64,000 nucleotides of DNA from Candidatus Latescibacterota bacterium (GCA_965261395.1 OZ253462.1:960001-1024000), one strand, 5' to 3'. Counted from the stretch's first letter, positions 10,901 through 19,941 are shown. The notes: generated from the letters alone by a model not told the origin. Numbers and translations are program-made.

Positions 10901-10979
10901 CCCCTCCCGCCAGCATCGCCAGTAGCAAAACCACCGCCGCAATTGCTATACTGTCTTTGGAAAGCCTATCATTGGGCAT
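7956..10979 (-). CDS. Secreted FG-GAP/VCBS-repeat protein with C-terminal FlgD-Ig/T9SS-sorting-like domain
   Basis: Many D-[VL]-D-G-D-G repeats; signal peptide; C-terminus PYPNPFNS...LASGVYLVRL. Start re-called at ATG 10979 (GAGG upstream). Confidence 0.8.
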   Translation of the reverse strand: MPNDRLSKDSIAIAAVVLLLAMLAGGAHGQTSEWLQLRGDRHMSGRASGIGQMHRDPPQERWRYDIAAWEGYVEVAQREGSGAVELPFAAPVDPGYIGTHGRDWGIGPQIFDLGGVEVVMSVDNVFKVAQILPREAGLQRFEMGNSFSDGGAEPKQGRLLAYDSGEPRVVWETEFFTNTWDPNVLVVDVDVDGQLDIVVATHYRILVFDGATGEAKMQLQYHGYRNYGWFGAANIDDDPYPEFGVVADFSMHSEVIDNDGTKLTLRWLRDIQPDPSQSTKVVRPKPQALVDVDGDGSFELVYSIYNDQGDGQWHIVGVDALSGETRFDFPQHHLHGMADVDGDGSLELFVSATSGEALPTYAPLAVWSLEAGAATVRWSHERGRFSTVLLNQLPLTVSTGAADGLRTVSTGDVDGDGRRDFFALAPDGAGEVFVALGSDSAGRIGPRWSVRGPAGMALETAAVADDGVAALLYLKGSGLPSQVLTLERASGVLHQWSRQAFTPAGTPVVADLEGDGRVEVVVQTATREVLCLQAPGEGGGDPRLRWQVPGYGQTNNAPYHWGLVAADVDGDGRREVLAAREAASGNASLVALAADGSIRWQTEFVGFDGSMPIWNFSGLSYWSVGYFRSEENMDVFASLRRGKLGSEVGFLIDGRSGEIVWESKGFILPENGSGRSLGGHPSAAGDVDGDGLEEIVVMWPDRLHIIDGVTGTAQVVRQAYGYTNGLNPLFESDSFVGYAFPAVVDLFGDGLPELLWGHCGYLNAVLAGDGQRIWQTPYRNNTEVQSLMGVGDSNGDGSVELLASTADGVRLFQAADGAVLLEFDDGVRAHTDVVSGDVDGDGRDEFLFGSGTKLICVEQEEGTLRRAWTLEVEGRSSDIALADVDGDSFLDAVVTTTDGYVKAYMGEAAATAVQAVESTPQKTHLQPPYPNPFNSRVHIDFSVGQAGKVRLEVFGPTGQRVKTLVAAWHKPGTYRVRWDAEGLASGVYLVRLQTGDIVQERKVSLIK

Positions 10980-11141
10980 CGCTTTTTCCTCGGTATCGCC
11001 ATAAAACTGCAATTATGGAGACCAGAAACCATGCAAGTCAATCTGCAACGGTTTCGTCGCGATGGCTACTTTAAATCGCGATATACCCGCCAATTTTGGC
11101 GTCGATTAATTTATTGCTAACTGAGGAGCCTAGAAAAGCAT

Positions 11142-11888
11142 ATGGATCCGCAACCACTGAAGGGAAAAAGCGCCATTGTCACCGGTGCAGCTCGCGGCAT
11201 AGGCCGCTCCATTGCCCAGCGTCTTGCCGCCGAGGGCGGCCAAGTGGCCATTCTCGATATCGACGCCGACGGCGCGCAACAGGCGGCTGCTGAAATAGGT
11301 GGTTCGACCATCGGCCTTGCCGTCGATGTGAGTCAGGTCGTTTCGGTTGACCGGGCCTTTGCCCAAGTTGCCGACCAGTTGGGTGGCCTCGACATCTTGG
11401 TCAACAACGCCGGCATTGTCGGCACGGACACGCCGGTCAAAGATCTGGCCGAAGACGACTGGGACCGCGTCCTCGACATCAATCTCAAGGGAACCTTTCT
11501 GTGCTCGCGGGCGGCTTTGCGCTACATGCTGCCGCAACAGAGTGGGGTCATCTGCTCGCTGGCCTCTATCTCCGGCAAAGAGGGCAACGCCAATATGGCA
11601 CCCTACTCCGTATCCAAGGCGGGCATCATCTGCTTTACCAAGACGCTGGCCAAAGAGGTTTTGGACTGCGGCATCCGCGTCAATTGCGTGGCGCCGGCCC
11701 TGATTGACTCGCCGTTGTTGCAGGGCATGGATCAAGACCGCGTCGATTTTTTGACCGCCAAAATCCCCCTCGGCCGCTTGGGCCGCCCCGAAGAAGTAGC
11801 GGCGACCATTTTATTCCTAGTATCGGACGAATCGACCTTTGCCACGGGCCAGTGCTTTGACGTGAGCGGTGGTCGGGCGACCTATTGA
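11142..11888 (+). CDS. Short-chain dehydrogenase/reductase (FabG-like)
   Basis: TGAARGIG, NNAG, YSVSK catalytic motif; GAGGAG upstream. Confidence 0.9.
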   Translation: MDPQPLKGKSAIVTGAARGIGRSIAQRLAAEGGQVAILDIDADGAQQAAAEIGGSTIGLAVDVSQVVSVDRAFAQVADQLGGLDILVNNAGIVGTDTPVKDLAEDDWDRVLDINLKGTFLCSRAALRYMLPQQSGVICSLASISGKEGNANMAPYSVSKAGIICFTKTLAKEVLDCGIRVNCVAPALIDSPLLQGMDQDRVDFLTAKIPLGRLGRPEEVAATILFLVSDESTFATGQCFDVSGGRATY

Positions 11889-11927
11889 GTGGAGGAAGGA
11901 TTGCCAACGCTGGCTGAATCGAGCGAT

Positions 11928-13529
11928 TCAATCGGCCAGGTAGCGGCGGAGGGCGTTTGCCGTGATTTTGGACACGGCCTCGTCCACCAAAATGGAAGCC
12001 GGCCAGCAGATGGAGCCCACCGAAAAGACGGCACCGCCGCTGGCGGTCGTGTGCTCGACGATTTCGGCACCGCCGTCATCTGGGTTGAGCCCCTTGGCCA
12101 ACAGTCGCGTATTGGCTGGAGACTGCGGCGACATCTTGTCGGTTTCGTGGCCCGAGGCCCCGCCCGGCCCGCGCTGATGCAGGCTTTTTTCGCCGAATAC
12201 ATCGCCGTTTTTCAGGCCCGTCCCCGCAAAACACCAGTGGGCATCGTCTAATACCCGATACGGTGCGGCGGTCATTATGCCGCTATAGGAAAAGACCACG
12301 CCCAATAAATTGGCCTCTGATTCCACCCGTCGGTCAAAGCGGCTCTCGTACTCCTGCCCGTCCGCGGCGATCTGGGGCTCGGAATGGCTCCAGTTGGTGT
12401 TGTGGTACACGATGCGGTGGTCGTCGAGGAATTCGACCTCGCAGTTGAGTCCGTTGCCGCCCAAGTACAGCAAGCGCCCGCCGCGCTCGAAGACCCAGTG
12501 CTTGAGCCGAAAGTACATCTCCTTGGACCAGTACTCGGGGTGGGTGCTGATCACCAGCACTTTGTACTGGTCGAGTGGCACTTGGTCAAAGTGGAATTGC
12601 GTCTCCCCGTACAAGTCGTAATCAATGCCTTGGCGCTCCATCCAGCCGAACAAACGCCATTCGGCCGCAGCCATGTGGCAGCCCTGGCGGCCGGCAATGG
12701 GATCGGTCAGCCTCTCGTCCTCGTCGATGTGGTTGTACGGGTCGGGCCGCTCTAGGGAAAGCGGCGCGTACGCTTCCGCATTGTACGTGCGGTGCTCTTT
12801 TTCGGTATAGCGCTTTAGTTCAAGGCGCGCGTTGATGGTCGGCGTTGCGGGGAAGCAATCGGCGTGGATGTAGTTGCTGCGGCCGCCAAAGCTATTGTAC
12901 GCGTTCCAGTTGATATCCGAGGCTAGCACTGCCACCGGTGCCGTGGGTTGGCTCGGTGCCACGACCCAAGGGAAGGAAAAGAAGCGTTCCTCCTTGTCGC
13001 GGGCGTGCATGTAGTACAGGCCCGAGCGCTCGGGAGCCTCGACGAATTGGCCCAGCGCTTTGCTGTGGTACCCGTGCTTATTCCACTGCACGCCAGCCTG
13101 GGTGTAATCGCCGTCGGGCGTGATCTGCATATTGGCCCGCGGCCCGTGCTCGTCAAAAGTGCCGATGCGGCGGATGAACTCCTTTTCGATCCCGTAGCGC
13201 CACAGTTCCAGTTCGTACTCGACCACCCCGTGCACCCGGAATTCGGCCCGTTCCCCGCCGCGCACGCATTTGGGCCACATATAGCCCAGCAGCCCGTCCG
13301 ACAGTAGGCGAAACTGGTATGGTTGGTCTTGGCGAGCCTCCATGTGCACGATCTTTGAACCGTGGCCCGGTCCGCCTAGGACGACCTCGTACTCCCCAGG
13401 TTCGATGTCCGCGTACACGGCGCCCGCAATGGTCGAGTGCGCCGTTGCAACCCGGCCGTCGCGGCGAAACTCAAACAGCATATCGGCCAGGGCGACATAG
13501 CGTTCATTGCTGACGTATCCGACGAGCAT
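11928..13529 (-). CDS. N,N-dimethylformamidase large (beta) subunit family protein
   Basis: WNAYNSFGGRSNY, LSLERP, HPEYWS, GGRLLYLGGN, GHETDK, GGAVFSVGSI. Confidence 0.75.
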   Translation of the reverse strand: MLVGYVSNERYVALADMLFEFRRDGRVATAHSTIAGAVYADIEPGEYEVVLGGPGHGSKIVHMEARQDQPYQFRLLSDGLLGYMWPKCVRGGERAEFRVHGVVEYELELWRYGIEKEFIRRIGTFDEHGPRANMQITPDGDYTQAGVQWNKHGYHSKALGQFVEAPERSGLYYMHARDKEERFFSFPWVVAPSQPTAPVAVLASDINWNAYNSFGGRSNYIHADCFPATPTINARLELKRYTEKEHRTYNAEAYAPLSLERPDPYNHIDEDERLTDPIAGRQGCHMAAAEWRLFGWMERQGIDYDLYGETQFHFDQVPLDQYKVLVISTHPEYWSKEMYFRLKHWVFERGGRLLYLGGNGLNCEVEFLDDHRIVYHNTNWSHSEPQIAADGQEYESRFDRRVESEANLLGVVFSYSGIMTAAPYRVLDDAHWCFAGTGLKNGDVFGEKSLHQRGPGGASGHETDKMSPQSPANTRLLAKGLNPDDGGAEIVEHTTASGGAVFSVGSICWPASILVDEAVSKITANALRRYLAD

Positions 13530-13569
13530 GTCCGTCCCTCCAATTGAGTGTGAATCGTTGCGTTGCTTC

Positions 13570-14742
13570 TCAACCCGCCCCTTCGTCGTGCCACGACATG
13601 GCTTCGCCGCGCACGATGCGCGAGCGGATCTCGTGGCGTCCGGGCCATTCGACCGGCAAGTCGCCGTTTTCGACCATGTAGTTCAAGGGGTTCACCCGCG
13701 TCTTCAACGGCATGTGGATCCGCTGCCTTTTGCGCGCCGATTCGAACAGGGCCATCATCACTTCTTGCACGGCGCGGCCGCGCTCGCCGCTGCTGATGGG
13801 ATGGTCGATCTTGCCTTCGACCCAGTCGATAGTCTCCTGACATTGATGCGCCCAACAGTCGTGCCACTCGGCCTCGACTTGTTGCCAGCCTGCAGACGAG
13901 GCATTGAGATAACGCGCCGTGCCCAATTCGTAATTGTAGCGCGCTGATGGTCCTTCGGGCATGTACATGGGCGCGTCCGAGGGAATTTCGCTGTCGGGTC
14001 GGCGGCTCGTGCCCAACTCCATGATCCCATCTGTGCCGATCACCCGACAACCTTGCCCCAACCCGGACACCAAATTGCCCACGATCAACATCGTAGCGCC
14101 GTTGTCGCACCCGGCTAGCCCCATGCACGACTCCTCGGCTGGCAAGCCGCGTTCGCACTGGTCGATGGTGCGCTCGACCGCGCCCACTACCCACTCGACC
14201 TTTGGCTCGTCCATCAGGAACAGGGCTAAGCGGATATTGTGCGAATTGGTGTTGAGGATATTGCCGCCGCATTCCAACTGCACTTGGGTCACCTTGCCGA
14301 TAATGCCTTGGCGGATCAGCTCGCGCGCCTTGAGCCAAGTGGCGTGATGCGGTCGCTGGTACGCGATGACTAGCTTGACATCGTTGCGCAGGCAGGCCAT
14401 CAGCATTTCGTCGGCCTCGCGCAAATCGACCGCCATTGGCTTTTGGCAGAGGATGGCCTTGGGCCGGCGGGCTGCCGCGGCAATGACCATTTCGGCGTGC
14501 TGCTGATGCCAAGAGCACACATCGACGAAATCGGGCCTTTCTTGGTCGAGCATTTCGCGGTAATCGGCGTAGCGGTGTTCCTCATCTACGCCGAAAAAAT
14601 CGCCGAATTCGGCTCGGGCATCGGGGTTGGTATCGGCCAAAGCGGCGATTTGGGTCGGCTGTCCGGCGACGCCGAGCCAGCCGCGAGTATGCACCCGGGC
14701 GATGGTGCCACAGGCGACGATGGCAGTGCGGTATGGGGCCAT
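13570..14742 (-). CDS. Gfo/Idh/MocA-family oxidoreductase
   Basis: ACGTIA Rossmann start, CQKPMA (EKP variant), NTNSH. Confidence 0.85.
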   Translation of the reverse strand: MAPYRTAIVACGTIARVHTRGWLGVAGQPTQIAALADTNPDARAEFGDFFGVDEEHRYADYREMLDQERPDFVDVCSWHQQHAEMVIAAAARRPKAILCQKPMAVDLREADEMLMACLRNDVKLVIAYQRPHHATWLKARELIRQGIIGKVTQVQLECGGNILNTNSHNIRLALFLMDEPKVEWVVGAVERTIDQCERGLPAEESCMGLAGCDNGATMLIVGNLVSGLGQGCRVIGTDGIMELGTSRRPDSEIPSDAPMYMPEGPSARYNYELGTARYLNASSAGWQQVEAEWHDCWAHQCQETIDWVEGKIDHPISSGERGRAVQEVMMALFESARKRQRIHMPLKTRVNPLNYMVENGDLPVEWPGRHEIRSRIVRGEAMSWHDEGAG

Positions 14743-14856
14743 GAAGAACTCCTGTCGTTTTAGACGAATATTCGCGCTAAGGTGAAAACACCCAAAATTG
14801 ACGGTATTGGTCAGTGCCTAGTCCATTTTTCCACAGGGCACGGACCACTTCGTTTC

Positions 14857-15621
14857 TCAATTCCAATCGAGTGCTAAACCCGTTGTTAGGCTAAAATCGC
14901 TTCCAGCCACTCCATTGAGCGGATCGCTATCGCGCTGGAAAGCCACGGACGTAGTCGAGGATAGCGCTTCGGTGATCGACACTTTCAAGACCACGTCCCA
15001 TAAAACGCGATAGTCGTCGAATTGCCGCACCGCGGGTTGCACGTAGGCCGTTCCCGCTAGCTGGGCCGTTTCACCGAGCTTGATATCCGCCGACAAGTAG
15101 TTGCTCCAGCGGACAAGAGAGATCCGAGCCGCATGGTCGTCTGCTGGTGTGAGCTCATTTCGCTCGTGCTCAAACATCAACGACGAGCCTAGCCAAAAAG
15201 ACGACTCGCCCGGTGCGATGAGAGCCCAACGGATGCCGCCGCCGACAAGGCCGCGAAACTCCAAGCGCCGGGATTGGTCGTAATTAACTTGTCCGAAGGC
15301 TTCTCCATGCAGCCGCGAGCCCAAGGCTCGGACATAGCGCAGATGCGCCAACGCTTCATTGGAAAAGCGCTCCTTACCCTCCCAGCCGGCGTCGCCTGAG
15401 CCGATAAAAATAAATGTGTCCTCGGCGCGGCCGTAACTGAGGGAAAGCTCGGGGCCGCATTCGAATAACTCGACATTGCCGGCCCGCAACGTCAGGTCAA
15501 TCGCCACGGAACCGAAAAAACCCGCTTGATTGTCCCGGCGTAGGCTTTCGATATCGACTTGTGCCCACAGGGGATTCGCCAGCCAGACTAGGGCCGCTAG
15601 TAAGAGCCAATAAGGCTTCAT
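14857..15621 (-). CDS. DUF481/YdiY-like outer-membrane beta-barrel protein
   Basis: Signal peptide, amphipathic strands, AGN and FGQVNYD motifs, aromatic residue near the C-terminus (LDWN). Confidence 0.65.
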   Translation of the reverse strand: MKPYWLLLAALVWLANPLWAQVDIESLRRDNQAGFFGSVAIDLTLRAGNVELFECGPELSLSYGRAEDTFIFIGSGDAGWEGKERFSNEALAHLRYVRALGSRLHGEAFGQVNYDQSRRLEFRGLVGGGIRWALIAPGESSFWLGSSLMFEHERNELTPADDHAARISLVRWSNYLSADIKLGETAQLAGTAYVQPAVRQFDDYRVLWDVVLKVSITEALSSTTSVAFQRDSDPLNGVAGSDFSLTTGLALDWN

Positions 15622-15632
15622 TGTATTGGGGA

Positions 15633-16697
15633 TTAATTCATGAACTTGTTAAAATCGATGTTGGGCTGACCCTGACGGGCATAATATGAGGAAAAACGCG
15701 CCACAACATCTTTCACGAAGGGCGGCGAGATTTGTATTTTAGGAGGCAGGTGAAATTTTTCCTTGAAGTGCCCAATTTCCAGCGAGGAGAGTTTTCTGAA
15801 GTTGAGAAACCCTCCTTCAAAGAAATCCGTCTCAGGAAGCCAGTGATGATAGGCGGAATTATTGTTCCCGAACGCTCGTTTCAACTGTCCTTTTTTGGAG
15901 TTACTCAGATTTGTATCATTAGACCACGAAAATAACTCCGTTATAGAATCAATCTCGACAACAAGAATCCTGTCAGTATTACGACTTCCATCTTCCCTGA
16001 CGGCAAGGTCGCAGGCCGGATTCAAGACAGCAAACCACTTGCCACTTTTCTTCTCTTTCACAATGCTGCCGGTCCGAATTTTTTTGGTAAGCGGTGGAAA
16101 CAAATAGACCTCTTCGGGAAAGCAACTATCTTCGTCATCGTCAAGAAGCTGGATCAGATGATTCAGTGTGTGCCGAAGAAGGGCCTTTTCGGTTCTGGAA
16201 GAATCAATCTTGCCGTATTTTATCCATATATCTTTTTGTACAAGAAGATTCTTTCGGAACACTTTGTTTAAGGTTTTTTCGATAATGCCCCTGCCCCCCA
16301 TAATACGAGTCAGCCCGGTGTTATAAATATCCCAGAATCCATCCAATAAATCATCGTACCCTGCTCCAGAATCCCCTTTTTTAAAAACTTTTATATGTGT
16401 AAAATCTGTGTCGACAGGATTAGGGGTTCCGGTAAGAATGAAGACCGGAATTCGAAAATGTGATTCTTCGATTTCATATATAACCTGATTGCCTTCGTCA
16501 CCCTGATTTCCAAGCTTCAGGTCAATAATTGCACCGTCGAAAGAATTATCGAGCTTTCCCAGAGCTTCTTCGACGTTTTTGCATTCGACAAGGTCGACTT
16601 TCCGACCCGTTTGATCTTCATACCGGGCGACAGTAGCCTTGCAAGTATTAAGATCCCGTTCATCGTCCTCAACAATAAGCAGTCGCAATTCACTCAC
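15633..16697 (-). CDS. Response-regulator receiver domain fused to an uncharacterised C-terminal effector domain
   Basis: LLIVEDD, AIIDLKL (phospho-Asp), ILTG, K. C-terminal motifs TGSIV...LNPACDL...YYARQGQP. Start overlaps the kinase gene stop; AT-rich. Confidence 0.75.
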   Translation of the reverse strand: MSELRLLIVEDDERDLNTCKATVARYEDQTGRKVDLVECKNVEEALGKLDNSFDGAIIDLKLGNQGDEGNQVIYEIEESHFRIPVFILTGTPNPVDTDFTHIKVFKKGDSGAGYDDLLDGFWDIYNTGLTRIMGGRGIIEKTLNKVFRKNLLVQKDIWIKYGKIDSSRTEKALLRHTLNHLIQLLDDDEDSCFPEEVYLFPPLTKKIRTGSIVKEKKSGKWFAVLNPACDLAVREDGSRNTDRILVVEIDSITELFSWSNDTNLSNSKKGQLKRAFGNNNSAYHHWLPETDFFEGGFLNFRKLSSLEIGHFKEKFHLPPKIQISPPFVKDVVARFSSYYARQGQPNIDFNKFMN

Positions 16698-18850
16698 TCC
16701 TCATCCCCCGTTCTCGGTTGCAGTCTAAACCAAGCTCCCTGTTCAGATTCAAAGGCTTTCAGTTCAAGACCGTTCCGAGCGGCGGCTTCACCCGCGATTG
16801 CCAGTCCTAGCCCTGTACCGAATGGTTTAGTGGAAAACTCGGGTTCAAAAATCACTTCGCTTCCAATGAGTTCTGGTTCAATCCCCGGCCCGGTGTCGTG
16901 ATAATCAACATAAAGCAGAGAGCTACCGTCCGTTACAAGCTTAATAATGATTTTCCGATTGGATGTTTTCTTCTCGTTCATCCAATACAGGCTGTTGTCC
17001 ACGAGATTTGTGAAAATCGCATAAATATCCTGACGCCAAGAAGAAAATCTGAAGTCTTTAGGTCCTATAATTTCAGCTACTACCTTCTGAGACTTCATTT
17101 CTTGTGCGAAGACGGCAAGCACATTTGTTACTTCTTCCTTTAGTACAAGAGGTTTTTTTGCAGATCGTCTTCCGGCTGCCAAAGGATCAAGCCTTCTAAA
17201 GAGTTTCACAAAGACCTCTGCATTCTGACCGATACCCTCGGCAATCGGCATGAATTTTTCAAGTCTCTCCGAATTCCTAGTTTTCTGAAATGATTCGTAC
17301 CAATACTGGAGGTTTGGTATCTGGTTTCGGAAGTAATTGAGCGGTCGTCTACCTTCATGGAGGACTACGTTAATGATTTTCCCTAGGGTAGCCTGACCCT
17401 GATAAACAGCGACGGCTTGGCGAATTCCATCGGTAATTTTATTTTTTTCTTCCTCTTCCCGATTGATGATATCAATAATCGTATCGGATGTTTTTCGGTC
17501 AATTTCAGAACTGGTAAGTTTTGCTAAGACATCCCTTTTCAGTTCATCGAATGAAAAGAGCCGTTCCAACTCACGTTCGACTTTGATAACAGGCCTGCTC
17601 AAACCGGCCTTTCTTCTGTAATTGAACCGTCGTGTTTCGAGTTCGGCGATGACCTTCGTGGTGATTTCTTTCAGCCGACTAAAGGCCGTATTTTCTCTCA
17701 GTCCATCTCTTGCGCTTTTCTCGATCAGATGGGATAGCTCTTCCGACTGAATTTGTACATATCCGATTGCTTGGTTACTGCCGATCCGGAGCGATGGATT
17801 CTGGACACGCTGCTCGTTTAGTTTCAGCCAGTCAAAGTCGGGATCGCCCAGCGGCCGGATACGGAACCCGTTTAGGTAAACACCGATGCCGTTGGATTCA
17901 TTAAGAAGCTGCCTAGCTTGGAGTTTTCCGACATAGTTGCCAGATTCATCCTTGAGACCGCGTCCTATCAAAGAATCAATAGCATCTTTATCACGGTCGT
18001 ACACCCGGATATCTATGTCGAGTTCACCGCAATCGGTAGGTCCGCTGGCGTCGAACTGGATAATCTCTTCGATGGTGTTGCGGGCTTTCTGCGATGAATA
18101 CGTCAAAGTGCCTTTTCCGTCGGTGCTGATTTTGCCGGCTATCTTGTAATCAAAAAGATCGAAGATGAGAAACGGCTCGATAGTTTCAGCGACGTCCTCT
18201 ACATCGGGAAAGCCATTAACCGTCAGGTTTATACGGAAGTCATCATCTCTAAGAGCAGCACTCACAGGCGATTTTAGCTTTTTCAGTTCAAACCGGAGCT
18301 TGTCGAATTGTTTCTGGTTCCATTCGGCAAAAAGTTCATCATCTCCGGTCATAGTCAGTTGGGTACCCGGCGGTTCGGATACCTCAGCAGTTTCAATGAG
18401 GATTTCCACCTCATCCAGATATTCGGCATCCTCGAAATTCCCCCACTTGACATAGACCGTTGTTTTCTCGCCTTCAGCGGTGACTGTTTCGAGAAGCAGG
18501 TCTATGCCGAGAATGGATGCGGCATAACGCCCCACTCCTTTACGTCCTTGCATAATTCTTCCAGAAGGACTTTTGCGTCTGTCGAATTTGTCTCGGGTTG
18601 ACGGCACCATCCACTTGTTAATGACGGTGTCTCTGGACATGCCGTGACCATGGTCGGAGATGATGATGGAATAGCCGCTGTGGTCAGGGGCTACCATAAA
18701 ATTGATATTTACATCAGGAGAATCGGCGTCATAAGCGTTCTTCACCAGTTCCATGACCGCCGCATAGGCATCCTGAATCAGGTCTCGGCCGATGGTTAGG
18801 ATATGCCGACCTGACGGTCTTATCTTGTATGTTCCAGTTGCGTTCACCAC
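16694..18850 (-). CDS. MORC/MutL-like GHKL ATPase fused to a C-terminal histidine kinase module
   Basis: N-terminal ELVKNAYDAD, DHGHGM, GRKGVGRYA, GT; S5-like GVYLNGFRI, EKSARDGL; coiled coil; H-box LHEGRRPL; second ATPase domain NLVDNS, DTGPGI, FSTK, GTGLGL. Confidence 0.85.
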   Translation of the reverse strand: MVNATGTYKIRPSGRHILTIGRDLIQDAYAAVMELVKNAYDADSPDVNINFMVAPDHSGYSIIISDHGHGMSRDTVINKWMVPSTRDKFDRRKSPSGRIMQGRKGVGRYAASILGIDLLLETVTAEGEKTTVYVKWGNFEDAEYLDEVEILIETAEVSEPPGTQLTMTGDDELFAEWNQKQFDKLRFELKKLKSPVSAALRDDDFRINLTVNGFPDVEDVAETIEPFLIFDLFDYKIAGKISTDGKGTLTYSSQKARNTIEEIIQFDASGPTDCGELDIDIRVYDRDKDAIDSLIGRGLKDESGNYVGKLQARQLLNESNGIGVYLNGFRIRPLGDPDFDWLKLNEQRVQNPSLRIGSNQAIGYVQIQSEELSHLIEKSARDGLRENTAFSRLKEITTKVIAELETRRFNYRRKAGLSRPVIKVERELERLFSFDELKRDVLAKLTSSEIDRKTSDTIIDIINREEEEKNKITDGIRQAVAVYQGQATLGKIINVVLHEGRRPLNYFRNQIPNLQYWYESFQKTRNSERLEKFMPIAEGIGQNAEVFVKLFRRLDPLAAGRRSAKKPLVLKEEVTNVLAVFAQEMKSQKVVAEIIGPKDFRFSSWRQDIYAIFTNLVDNSLYWMNEKKTSNRKIIIKLVTDGSSLLYVDYHDTGPGIEPELIGSEVIFEPEFSTKPFGTGLGLAIAGEAAARNGLELKAFESEQGAWFRLQPRTGDEE

Positions 18851-18868
18851 CAGACCTCTTTCAGCATA

Positions 18869-19648
18869 TCAGCGATTTTCCATGAATATATTTTGACGGT
18901 GATATGCAAGAAAGTCCTCCTGTGGCTGAAACTTATCAGGTAAAGCTATCGATTTTCCATCATAGCTTTTTAAAGCAGTCACAAAAAACTTATCTCCCAC
19001 ACTAAATTCCTTCTGTGATACCCGAACAGTCATATCATCATGTATCGTGATCATTCCAAGATCAAACGCCTTGTCGTGGAGTATTGACAAGGCCAACCCA
19101 TTACTTGGGTTGAGTCTATTCGCCGGATCATCACGCCACGGTACGATATGACTGGCTACCAAAAGTTTCGGAATGGCAAGTCCAGTGATACAGCATCTAT
19201 ATGTATAAGCACTCAGCACCGACTTCCTGAAAAAACTCTGGCCAATCCGTGTTTTGGTTAGAACAATCTTATCCTTACCAGTGTAATCTTGGTATTCAGA
19301 TGCGCTTTCATTGTCCGAATCGTACGACTCACTGCCTCGCAGAATAGAATTGATAGTGTCTTCTGAATTTATTGCAAAATTCTCCCAATCATTTTTCATT
19401 TCTTTCCACATTTCTCTATCCGCATTAGATGCACCCGACAACCCTTTGCGACCAGTCGAGGTTATCGCCGGATCAAGGCTTGCAATATTCGTTAATTTCA
19501 TTGCCAATGAGTTCGGCGTTCTACCAATGAGTTCGGCAATCTTAATAATCTCTGGATTTCGTGCATGTAATTTGCCGAATGGCATTTGACAGTAAAGTCC
19601 AAACGCTACAAGCAACTCCTGTCGTGTCCATCTTTTTCTGTTAGACAT
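18869..19648 (-). CDS. HNH endonuclease, putative (possibly modification-dependent) restriction nuclease
   Basis: RIGQSFFRKSVL, CCITG, ASHIVPW, NGLALSILHDKAFDLG, YHRQNIF; N-terminal WTRQE...GRTPNSLAMKLTN domain. Confidence 0.85.
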   Translation of the reverse strand: MSNRKRWTRQELLVAFGLYCQMPFGKLHARNPEIIKIAELIGRTPNSLAMKLTNIASLDPAITSTGRKGLSGASNADREMWKEMKNDWENFAINSEDTINSILRGSESYDSDNESASEYQDYTGKDKIVLTKTRIGQSFFRKSVLSAYTYRCCITGLAIPKLLVASHIVPWRDDPANRLNPSNGLALSILHDKAFDLGMITIHDDMTVRVSQKEFSVGDKFFVTALKSYDGKSIALPDKFQPQEDFLAYHRQNIFMENR

Positions 19649-19650
19649 TG

Positions 19651-19941
19651 CTATCCCTGCGACTTGCTTGATTTACTTCTTCTAAAATAGGAGAGCATAT
19701 TTCTCGACACTTCCGCTTCGTAGAAGTCTGGATGCCTCAGTTTTCCATTCAGATAGTCTGCATACAGTTCTATCCGGTTACGATTCTTCAACCAGTGGTA
19801 TGCCATCCGGGTGCGTAAAGTAAAACATGCCGCTTTATTTGACTCAATGTGTGCGACAGGCTCGAATCCCGCTTGGATGAATCCTTCGGACAGCCCTCCA
19901 GCCCCGGCGAAAAGGTCCAGAAATTTTAGGCTCCCGTTCAT
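19651..19941 (-). pseudogene. dcm: Truncated DNA (cytosine-5)-methyltransferase, N-terminal 96 aa only
   Basis: Motif I DLFAGAGGLSEGF and motif II/III AHIE...ACFTL are present. Stop comes before the catalytic PC (IV) and ENV (VI) motifs, and no remainder was found nearby. Confidence 0.8.

Noticed and set aside
13376-14518. 380-aa alternative-frame ORF
   Set aside because: Arg/Pro-rich off-frame translation inside a well-supported gene.
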